This document shows, piece by piece, positions 12,040-24,000 of a stretch of DNA of 64,000 bases. Under the pieces are notes generated by a model, which worked only from the letters and a program-made list of their open reading frames with translations, had not been told where the DNA came from and searched no databases. The position numbers and the translations under genes were made by a program. The stretch comes from Zootoca vivipara (lineage: Eukaryota): positions 26,722,001 through 26,786,000 of the forward strand of contig NC_083286.1 in NCBI RefSeq assembly GCF_963506605.1. The letters are read 5' to 3'. Each line of letters starts with the position of its first letter. Position 1 is the stretch's first letter.

Positions 12040-15000
12040 TTGTAGCCCCAAGTTTTGAAGCAATGTATAACACATGTCCATAAAGCAAGGAGAGAAAGCG
12101 CCCCCCCTCCCCCACATACAGATGCTGCCAAGTCAAAACTTGCCCTGACATTAAAGTCAATGAATGAAATCTCTCTCGTCAGTACAAAAGGTCAAAGAAG
12201 GGAAGGTGTGTTAAATGCTGCACATGTTTTTTAGACTTCCTTTTACAGTGACATATAGAAATTGCTCTTAGGATTTTCTTGATGATTATATGTGTAATAT
12301 CTTCTGTTTCATACCATATCAGTTTTTTAACATCATCTGCACTGGCCAATGCTTCAAGGATTTTGAGCTTTTCTGGTTCAGACACCAAATACGCATACAT
12401 GCTTAAAAGATAGTTCCAGCCACTTTCGGTTTTTGCTCCGGCTGTGAATATGATCTTCATAACATCTGTTGGCAGGCTACAGAGAGAAAGTGCAAACCTT
12501 TATAAGAACAGCCTAAAAAGAATAAGTCACATCAAAGCATTAGCTAACATGATATGAACCATAGCTTATCTCAGTAGGTCCTTAAACAAGGGGCTAATTT
12601 GAAGTCGTCCGACGGGTGGGAGGGCAGGAATCCTACACTGGCTATGTGCCCTGTTCCAAGCACAGAATAGGATATAGCAGCCAAGGCAGGAGGATTTCGC
12701 CACTGCTTATCGGGGATGAAACCCCTTTGCACTTCTCCTTTAGTCAGTACCGTGTTTCCCCTTTTTTAAGACACCGTCTTATAACTTTTTTCCCTCAAAA
12801 AAACACACAGTGGCTTATTTTCAGGGGGTGTCTTTTTTTAAAAAAAAAAGTGCTGGTACAACTGGGACCCACTGGCTCAGGATGCTCGGTGCTCTCTTCT
12901 GCACATTGCTGGGCGCGTTGTTGGCGCTGCCAGTTCCGAGCGCCTGCAGGGTGGGGTGGGGGTGGCAGTGCTTTAAACCCCCAACCCTGTAGAAAGCAAT
13001 GGAAGTTATGGACTGTAACAATCCTTAAGAGGCGCAGGTCTTAAAAAACCCCTGGTATCACCCTTGAAGCACAGCCTTCCAAAGTCAGGGGGGAATAGGT
13101 CTGTTTAGACAAAGGAAAGGATCGGGGGTGATTCTGTGCCCTGGGACCCACAGAACTACTTTAAAAATCCCAACCTGGGGGGGGGGGTCAAATAGTGAAG
13201 CCCCATAGCCCTGTAGCAACAGAAGGCACATTCTGAAGCACCCGAGCTGTTCGGTTCCATAAAAAATCCAGGAATTGTAAAATTAACAACAATAATGGGG
13301 GGGCACTCTATCCAAAGAGTTAAGAAGGAATGGGAAAGTGTTGAGTTATATATGGAAAAATATGGAAAGGAAAGTTAGTTAAAGATAAAAAATAAATAAT
13401 TATCGCAAGGGGAAAAATAACATCATAAAGGGTAATAATATTAAATATAAAATAGACAACACAACAGAAAAAGCAAGTATATGACTAAATGAGATCGCAC
13501 AGGAGTGAGGGAAGTGGGGAGAGAGGGAGGGGGGTAAGGAATGGAAGGAGGCAATGGTTGGAGGAGGGTATAGGGGGATGAATTAAAGGAAAATTAAGAC
13601 TGAGAAGCGCATGGTTTTTGTTTTTTAAAGATGCAAAGGCTTGCAATCAGCCAAAGTATAGAGCCCAACTTCTAGGAGACTGCGATCTACTTGCGGATTT
13701 ATAAACTGGAGGTGATCTACCCCCGTTATATTGGTGTTCAGGTCAGAGTTGTTTTTAGAGAGAGGAAATATCCCATTTTTGAGGTTAAAGTAAAAGTTCC
13801 TGACCTTTTTTTTATAATGAGGAAATGCTGCTAAAACTCCGTTCTTCATTCCACGAAGGGGAGAGGGGGCGGGGCCGGGTGCTCAAAGACAAAAGAAATG
13901 GAAAAGGAGATAGCGATCAAATCCAGCCTCGCATTCATGCAGCCGTCGGGAGAGGCAGGGGCTGCAGCCGAGTGCTGCTTCACAAACAAACGGGGGAAAG
14001 TGCTTAGAACCCAGAGAATCCAGCTGAAAAACACGAAGCAGCAACAGCAATTGCACACACACCATCCCAAGCCAGCACAGTAACCAAGTCCCAAAAGCAA
14101 GAAAGGACTCAGCAAACACTGCTGCGGCCGGCGTTGCTGCTGCTGACTCGGGGAGCTCAGTGATCTCTTCCGCACAGCGCCTATCACTATGGCTTATTTT
14201 CGGGGTACGGTTTATATTTCTCAAATGCTTAGAAATGCTGCTATGGCTTATTTTATGACTACGCCTTAAAAAGGGGGAAACACGGTATGTGTGTGTTTGT
14301 ATGTGTGGCAGAAGTGGTGGGGGACTCCCTATCACCACCCACTCACTTAAAGGAAAAGCAGAGCTGCTATAAAGAGCACTTTCGCAAAGGACCAGCTCTC
14401 TGCAAAGCAGCCATTCCTCACCACTTCTCCTCTAACCATTGCTGCGAGCAGGTGGGCAGTAGTGTGAGGGGTAACTCTCTCCCACATTTCAATTACAGGT
14501 AGGTAGCCGTGTTGGTCTGGATCGAAGTAAAATAAAAAAATTCCTTCAGTAGCACCTTAAAGACCAACTAAGTTTTTATTTTGGTATGAGCTTTCGTGTG
14601 CATGCACACTTCTTCAGATACAGTGAAATGGAAGTTTCCAGGCACTTATGTAGAGAAGGGGTGGGGAGGGGTGGGGATGGGGAGGGGGGATCACCCAGAT
14701 CAGACCCTTCTGGGTGATCCCCCCTCCCCATCCCCACCCCTCCCCACCCCTTCTCTACATAAGTGCCTGGAAACTTCCATTTCACTGTATCTGAAGAAGT
14801 GTGCATGCACACGAAAGCTCATACCAAAATAAAAACTTAGTTGGTCTTTAAGGTGCTACTGAAGGAATTTTTTTATTTTACCACATTTCAATGAAGAGGA
14901 GGTGGCTGCTGCAAACAGCGCTTTTCCAAAGGGCTTTAAGACAGCTCCCTTGCTCCTGGCCTGAGCCTCCAGAAGCTCAAATGGGAGTGTGGAGGCTGCC

Positions 15001-18000
15001 CTAAAGCCTTTGCAAGTCTGTGTGCCCCCCCCTTTAAACCTCCAACAAGCAGGGTTTGAAGAAGAAGTGTGGGGAGATATGCAAAGTCTTTTGCACGTCT
15101 TCACACAGTTCCCTGTTAAACCTCCAAACGGTTCCCTGGGAGTTTTAAGTGTGCAAGTGATCCAAGAGTGGCTGGGGGAACTCAGCCAGATGGGTGGGAT
15201 ATAAGTAATAAAATTATTATTATTGTCCAAATGACATGTGATTGACAGGTGGGAGGTCCCACTTACCTGTCAAATTTGGCCCTTGTGGCAGATCCTGATA
15301 AGGATCTGGCCCATGGAGCCACAAAGCTTCTCCACCCACTGCAAAGAAGCCTATGAAACATCAGGAGTGAGGCAGGTAGAGACATCCATGGGGAGTTGGA
15401 CTGCATAGCTGATCCCTGCAGAAGCAGGATTCAAACCTGATCAGTGTGACTTCGAAAGCACCACGGAGGGCTCTTTGCAAGCCCTGTGTGGTGCTTTCAA
15501 GTCCCGACGATCATTACCACTGTGATGTCAGGTGGGTGACATGAAGGCTGCTCCAGCCAATTTTCATATATTGTCTGTGAGAAGATGAAGAGATGAGAAT
15601 CTGGCCCACAAGCCAGAACAGGTTCTCTTCCCCTGATATAAAGCTGGGGAATGCTTCATCATGAGTAGCTCACCTGAGGGAGCAAAACCACAGCAACAGC
15701 TCCATCTACGCACCCTCATAGCCCACCCTCCCGTCTTGCCACTGCCTACCATTAAGCACTGAAGGGAGGCTATAACTGCACTTTTGCCCTCCGGGTGAGC
15801 CACTTCTGTGAGAGATGCTGATCCATATTTCTATTTAAACCCATCAGGCTGCAAGATGCTTGACTGCATTGAGACTATGTAATAGAAAACTATTTCTGAA
15901 TGCCATAGTACGCAAGAGGCACTCGAACCAAGGAGCAAGTCTGTGTTTTACCTTTTTGTGCCACTGGAGTCTTTCCATTCATTAAATAGCTTGGTAGCAT
16001 CTGTGCTGCAGTTTTCCAAATTATGGGTGCAGGCGAAGGTTAGCAGACTTGACTTCAGCTCTTGTTCTGAAAGGGTGCCATCACTTGTCCATTTCTGTTG
16101 ATTAATCTTGTCTTTAAATAGTTGTAACATCTTATGCTGGAGAATAAAGAGGAAAAGTTATCACTATGCAAACTCTGTTACAACAAGCTTGTGCTAGGTT
16201 GGAGACTATAAACTGCAAACACCCCCCAAATCACACGGCTCCTTGCAACACTCCTGTATCTAATGCTCCATTCTGGCAGGTCTGCCATTCAGTTCTGAAG
16301 AGAATTTCCTCACTGTCTTACATGTGCTCAATCTCAACTGGCACCAAAATGAGCCCAATGAGTCTTTGAATGACCTGCGGATCAATAGGCTAGTTCAAAT
16401 CTATATGAATTATATTAAAAGGCACATAAAACCAGTCACACCATTTTTAACTCACTTTCATAAGACTTTTTTTTTAACCCAACCCCCCTTTCAATAAAAT
16501 CTTTATTTGTCTGGCTTGCAGAGTTCATGAGCTGAAACAGTGACAGTTCTGCTAGGTACACATTCCACATTATCATTGAATAATAATAACAACCAGCAGA
16601 TTCATGTAGAACCAATTTTTTTGATTGCTAAGGTGTATGCTTTCTGCATCGTTGAAATGTTACAGACAAAAATGCTGTGGCACCTTGAAGACTAAATGGT
16701 TTGTTTGGGATGGACACGAATAGACGTTCTCCTCCTTTGGTATATGATTACAGAGCAGAGTAATAAATAATAATAATAATAATAATATCCATCTCTTTGC
16801 AGTTGGGGTTCAGAAGTTACAAATGGCATTTACATATACTGAGAAAATACAACATGCTTTTAAATGGAAAGCTCATAAACAACCCATCCAATATTCCAAC
16901 ACTAATCACAAGAAAACAGTATGATTTAGAAATTGTCCTTCCATGTAGTACAAACTATTTTGCCCTAGTATGAACTTTATATCTAGCTTCCACCACCTGC
17001 CTACTTTCAGTAACTTACCAATATTCTCGCTGAAAGGGTCTGCATTCCTCTTTTTTCAACTAGGTTGAAGATACGGTTCATTTGGTCCAATGCTTGTGTG
17101 ATTGGAGAAGTGCTGTTTTCTTTCACTAGGTAGTCAATCAGGTCAAAGGCTTTGGCCAAAGACACCTTTCCTAATCTAAAGGGGGCATCAAAAACAATGA
17201 CAACAAGATACTGTCAAGCATTCTGACGAGCCTAAACAAATGTAAAAGACCTTGTTTGTGGTACAGGATATAAGTTATTCAAATATAAAATAGTTTTGCT
17301 TTATTTCTTCATATTATTAGATTTATACATTCATTCATTCTGGAGGCAAAACCTCCGTAACAGATGATAAGTTCGATTCATTATAGCATTCTATTGATAA
17401 GCCCCCAAAATCCAAAGTGCTGTTAAGATCTATCAAACAACACTGGACTAAATTCCTGCATTTTTCACTCTTCTTGCAAACTCGCCATTTCTCGCCTTTA
17501 ACAAAAGAATCCTAAACTAAAGCCTTTGCAATTTCATACTTAAAGAGTTTCGTTATGCACAACAGTGAACATCTAGGATAACAAAGGTAAAAAATAATTA
17601 ACACATCCAGATTAGATAAGGTTCTCCTTTATCCCTCTGGCCCACCAGGCGGTCCAATTTGACCCACAAGGTCATTTCCCCCAACCACATAACCTGCCCA
17701 CTCGTGACATCAGCAGATGGGCAGAAGGAAGGGTTAAATCCTGCAATGGCTGTGTGCATTTGTTCCCAGCAAGAACCAGGAACATGCAGCCAAAGCAGAA
17801 GGATTTAAACCCTGCATCACCTGCTAAAATGAAGGGGGGGAACCTCCCTTTTAGCAGGGTTTTCCATGAAAACCCAATTACTGGATCAGAAGGGGTTTGC
17901 ATGGAATTGTGCTGAAACCAAAGGCTCTTAACTAGCCCACCACTGCACAGTAAAGTCCCAACAACCTGGACTTCCAGGTGACTGACAGATGAGCAGCCTT

Positions 18001-21000
18001 GCCTACCAGCAGTGGAGAGATAAAGATCTGTCCCATGGGCCAGAAAAGCTTCCCCACCCCTTTCCTAGAAGGTTTGTTCTTAAAACTCTGGATTTGAAGA
18101 AGGATATATCACAGTTCAATGTAATAACTTTAAAGAATTACCCTGCCAGATTAAAAATGTTATGGATCAAATTGGCTCTGTCTCTGGAACTCAGAGCAGT
18201 GGGCTCCGTCTTCAGCAGGTCAATTAGAGCAGCCCAGTCGTTTTCCGCATACTGTACAATATAGTAACCATTCGAGTCTACATTGAATTTCACCCACTGT
18301 GTTTCACCTGGAAGGTCAATGGTATCTAAGGAAGGGGGGAAAGGAGGAGAGAAAGAAAGAAAGCACTGAATAGATTCAGTCTTCGGATCATTTGCAAATT
18401 TCTAGGAGTACATCAGGGCAATAACACTTCACTGGCATCATTTAAGAAGCTTCCTAAATTTTACTGGGAGCAGTAGGAGCCAGCCAATGATTACAGCTGC
18501 AGAGCACCTCTTAGCTACAACTGACTTACAGCCAATACTATCAACACTCAATCTGAGACAATCACAGTGTGCATGGCAAGCCTTCATTGGACAAATGTGC
18601 CTTTACTGCATGTCACTACACACGGCAACATAGCAAAATACCTACGCAAACTGCCCAGCAGCCGTGTAAAAGGGAAGAGAGGAAATAACTAAAGCTGGAG
18701 GCGTATTGTGAAATGTGATGCATCACAAGATCTGATGCACACAACCTATTCCCAAAGTTAATACTGTGTTGATAGGCTATTAACAGTAATGCTTGGAGAG
18801 ACGTCCCATGGGATCACTCCCTCTCAACCTACAGAGGTGACAGGAAGTACTCAGTTTTATTTATTTGCTGAATGTCCACATGGGCCAGGGAAAAAATCAA
18901 CTGCAGAGAACTTAGCACATTTGATAGGCATATTAATGTGTTGAATCCAGTCTTGCATTTCACCTCACACTATATAAAAAAGGGGAGAGGAATCCCATCC
19001 TTGTATAAAGCTTTCTAAAGTTAATCCCGGTACAAAGATATATTTTGTAAGCCAACTTACCTACCAACAGTACATTTTTGCGTGCTTTTTCCAGAAAATG
19101 TTGTGGATGGCATTGGTTTAAACCTTTTCTCCTTAAAATAGGTTTACTGCTTTTCATTAGCATATTTAACTTCTCAACTATGCAGCAGCCTGGATTTTGG
19201 CAGTGGGATATGTATATATTTTTAACACACACTGCTTTCATCTTCCCTGGAAACCAGTTTTCAATTATAGAAATGCATCTGTCCAGAAGTGAATTACTTG
19301 AGTCTCTGTGGTTGGCACCATTGCCCCATCCTTTTATATTTTAGAGGAGCCAGGTTACAGAAAGCTATCCATTACAAACTTAATTCCAATTTCTACCATG
19401 AAGCAGGTCTGCTCTATCCAAGAATGTACCTCCAGGCAAACAGAAGGTAGGTTTAGGCTACACATCAAAGAACTGTTCGGTCTCAAGGGAGGCGTGCAAG
19501 GAGAACAGCTCACTAATTAGCTGAGAGTCACATAAGTCCTTTTCGGGCTAAACAGCATTTATTCATTTAGATCAAGGTTTCCCAAACTTGGGTCTCCAGC
19601 TGTTTTTGGACTACAACTCCCACCATCCCTAGCTAGCAGGACCAGTGGTCAGGGATGGTGGAAACTGCAGTCCAAAAGCAGCTGGAAGACCCCAATTTAG
19701 ATGAACTAGTTTTGCTTTTTCACATCCTAACCTGGTTTAAAAAAACAACTACTCATGATGGACCATTGAGTTCATTTTGAGCTCAGACCCATTCCGGACT
19801 TTAGGTTTGACTAGACTCCCGATGCCACTGGGAATGCAAAGCCTCCTCTCTAAACCCTCCTGAGCTGCCTCATCCATTGAGAAAAGAGAGCAGGCTTAGA
19901 GGCCTTCCCAACCCCTGCAAAACAACAAAAACATAAAAGCCTTGCCTGGCAGCAGTACAGAAAAACTTCAGTCTTCATTTGCCCCTAGATGCTACAGGAA
20001 CACAGTCCCAGACAATATACTTCTAGGGTATCGTAGATTTCCAAGGTTTCCAAAGCCTTGTCAAGAAATATAAGCCTTGAGAAATTACTTTCCGTAAATC
20101 CTGGTGCTGGGATGCTGCTGAGAATATGCTTTGGTGGCAGGATTTTTTGGAAAGTACAATTTACTAAGGACCTAAAAGAAGCTACAATTTCTAGGCAACC
20201 TGGCACCTAACAAATGAAGGCCATTTCAGCTACTCCTCACTGCTGCTACCACGTGAATGTCTGAGGGAAAGAAGGTCGTACTAATGTTAAGTTGTGTTTG
20301 ACCTTTGAAGAGATTGGCTCATAATCAGTCCAAACTGGAGAAATGTATATTTTAAAGTCTCTTGTTCTAAACTTCAGTTGCAATCTTGGTTAAAAATTAT
20401 CTACTATAGACACCAGAAGCTAACACAATTTAAACTATCTGTTTCTTGCAATTATTTATATTCCATTTTTCAGGGTACAAATCCTACCAATGCTTTCCTA
20501 TTAAAAAGTAATTTGACCATGTTATGCTTCAACTTTCTCAAGTTCCCAAAGTCATATACAAGTATCGCCAGTAAATAATAATAATAATGATGATGATGAT
20601 GATGATGTGAGACATTTCCTTGCTCTAACCTATGCCAGCTCATAAAGAGCCAAATCAGAAGTGAGCACTAGTAAAGTCAAAGAGGGAACACTATTCAAAT
20701 AAAATGCACCTGAAAATTAAATGATATGGAGGGGGGTAAATGTATCCAAATGTAAAAAGATTACTACCGCTAAAAATCTAGGACAAATTTTTATTGGCCA
20801 CAGTTATTCTGTGAGGGACAGAAATACACACAGGTCCTGCTATCAGAATACTCATTATCCAAAATCTCTGTTATCTGAACACAAAGAATTATACCTAAAC
20901 CTCACTATACAAACTGCCGATTCAGATATCCAAACAGATAAAGTTTGCCCACTTCCTTAATTGTTTGTGTTTTGCTGATGGCCACGAGCCATTTTGGGCA

Positions 21001-24000
21001 GAAACTATGGAGGAAGGGAGAAAGATTGGACAAATCAGGGGGCAGGAGAGAATGGACAAATCAATTTTTCCTTTATCTGCCTTCTGATTGGCTGCAGCAG
21101 TTTCAGGTAGAAAGTATGGATTTAAAATGTTCTCTTGGAAAATAACAGAAATTATTTCAGCCCATGCAAACGCTTGCCTAACAATTTTCTGGGGAGCATA
21201 TGGTGTTCAGAAAGCAGGACTTGCATGTACTCTTAATTAACAGAGACAAGATATAACAAGTCAGAAGCTACAGAATTTAGTTGCTACAGAAATTGTACTA
21301 GTTCAGAGGTTTAAAATCCTAAAATGCTTAGCATGTTACAACTAAGAAAATAATCATTTTGGTATGCCCCACTTTCCTATCCATACAAAAAAAGTGTTTC
21401 AAATGTAAATGAATTATGTAAATGAAGTAAATGAATTGTATTGCAGACTCAAAATAATGAGGGCATATGCACTTTCTTAACTATAAGCTCTGAACATTGA
21501 CCATTTATTTTACAGAAATTAAACCCCTACCCTTATTCCAACACTAGCCATCAAAGATCAATGATGTTGCTTCTGAAAGATGCTCATCATTTGGCTCTGG
21601 AAACTATTCCACATTAAGAACGTATTTGTGCATTGGTTGAATTTACCATCTGTGAAGACAAAAGCCTTCAAAAACATACATACCTGACTTTTGCTGTAGC
21701 AAATAATTGTAAGAACTGAAGGGCAAGGTGCCATTGCTGGTGGTATAAGAAAGAGGAATGCTCCACAAATAACTGGAAGAGGAGAAAGTGTTTACACAGT
21801 GTTAAAGATTGCTTATGCACTGTAACTTAAAGAAAAAAACAGGTACTGATAGTCCTTCCTACGTTTGTGTGCAGAAGCATTGTTTATTAAACTTAACAAA
21901 ATTAGTTGAGGGTAGTTATAAAAATCAAGACCAAACCTGTGCCTACAAATCTTGTGCTTTAAAGCAGGCACAGGCAAACTTGGCCCTCAAGATGTTTTGG
22001 GACTACAACTCCCATCATCCCTAGCTAACAGGACCAGTGGTTAGGGATGGTGGGAGTTGTAGTCCCAAAACATCTGGAGGGCCAAGTTTGCCTATGCCTG
22101 TTTTACAGGTTCACCACGCAATTTGTTTTTGTAGAAGCAAATCTGTTTTGTACAAATGCACACACAAAACCACAGATCTACAAGGAGCTCTTATGTTCAC
22201 GGTATGCAAGACACTTAAAATCAATCAATTTTCTCCTCCCATTCTGCTTTTCTGCATAAATTCGTGAGTAGCAATTGGCTTTAAGTGCCATTCAAATAAC
22301 AAAAGTTTATTTTTCCATGAAGTCATTCAATTGCCACAATCAGCAGTGACGTGTTAAGAAATTCTCAAACTATACAATATTTGGGCCATTCTGTGTTTCA
22401 GGCAAAGAAAAAGATATGAAAAATCAGAGTAGTCACCTCCCCTCTTTTTACTTAAGAGCTGATACATGGGTTTTAGATTTTAAAAACGACTCTGCATGTG
22501 GAACCTCAGCTGTTCTTCACAAGATTGGGGCCATCATTCTAAATGCAAGACATTTCCCAGCATAACTTCCCAGAGAAGTTCAGCAATTCCAACTTTCCAT
22601 TTTACACACCATAAGAAGTGTGCGGGGAGGGTGAATGCAAGTCATTTGCACTTTTGTACAACTTGGAATGTACAAAACACCTCCAGTTTAATACTCCACC
22701 TTTATTTTAAGGCACAAACTTTTATGCTCCCCCCCCCCAATTTAATCTACTTGCCTTTCCCGGCAATGGCAACAATCTTGGCTAGTCGAAAAATATACTT
22801 CCTTGAACTAGGTTTCTGCCACAAAATGTTGATATAATCAGTGTGTAAAAAGAACAGCAAAGAGTGGAGGTTATGTCCAACAGATTCATCAGCAACCCAG
22901 ACACTCCTATGTGGACGGTATAAACCCACCTTCATATCCCAAAGTGTCTTCTTCCTACCTTCCATCTCTATCTTGTCACTCCACCTCTAATCCACGTGTT
23001 TCAAAACAGATTTGAGGTATACTAGAAGGTGAGCGAGTTACTCTTCTCCAACTGACCCCTCCAACATGCTCCCATCATTTCCAGCTGTTCTCTCCCAACC
23101 TGGGCAGATGTGCTGGACTGTGCATCACTCAGCTTGATATTTACACCACACCTCAGTGGATTTATTTTCCATCGACAGTGTAAGCATTCGGAAGCCTCAC
23201 CCCGTAAGCTAAAACACTGTCGGCAGAGTTAAATCACCCGGATTTAAATATAGGGGGAAAAGAAAGAAACCTGGCAGGTATGGTCTGATTTTCCAGTTCC
23301 ACATTGTGCACAAATGGCTCCTGCTGCAGATGGATCTGTTTGCCTTCTCTTTTGACAGTCACCAAAGGAAATCCTTTCTGGAGAGTCCAGGTCTTCATGA
23401 TTTTTTTAATATCAACACGGGTGTCATTTATCACCTAGGAAAGCACAGGAAAAATAATCTTTTGAGGAAGAATGTATTATGGGATACCGCCAATAGCTGC
23501 CTAATCAATTCACTAAAACAACGACCCTGGTGAAACCAGGGTTTTAAGTCGTTAAAGAGAATTGTAACTGCCAAGTTTATCAGTGTTAGTTTGATAATAC
23601 AAGACCCATTTTTTTATTTTAAAAAAGTAGTTCGGAAACTGAACTCTACCTTCCTATTTCCACACTGCTTCAGATATGCAGTAGAAGCGTTTGAGAAACG
23701 CAAGAAACTGAGAAAAAGTCACAGTACTAAATTGCAGGTCATCTTTAGGAGGGATCTCCTTGTCCTTCTGAGAGACAACAGAAAAGGACCATAGATCTTC
23801 GGTCAGAACACAGTAAACTTCCCATTTAAGAGTTGAAATTTTAATTTCAGAAAATTTTATTTGGGATGTGGCTCAGTTTTCTAAAGAGAGGCCTGTCTTA
23901 AGGAGGCCTAATCTACCTCTTCATGAGGAAAACGAGCAGGACTAAAGGCAGAAGTTGTTTGAAGGCCACAGGCTGCTTTTTGGTTGTTGGCCGAAATCAG

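Larger units (their letters stand above)
14494..14880. mobile_element. Penelope-like retroelement terminal (pLTR) fold-back insertion
   Basis: 173-bp perfect inverted arms (14527-14699 / 14709-14881), a 33-nt one-sided tail, 12-bp TSD ccacatttcaat (14482-14493 / 14881-14892), hammerhead motif in each arm. Confidence 0.75.

Noticed and set aside
11818-12160. Poly-I, poly-N and poly-L ORFs (and poly-S at 44469)
   Set aside because: Translations of (TTA)n and (GAA)n microsatellites
14576-14832. Twin 78-aa ORFs on opposite strands with near-identical sequence
   Set aside because: A by-product of the palindromic insertion; no recognisable protein similarity
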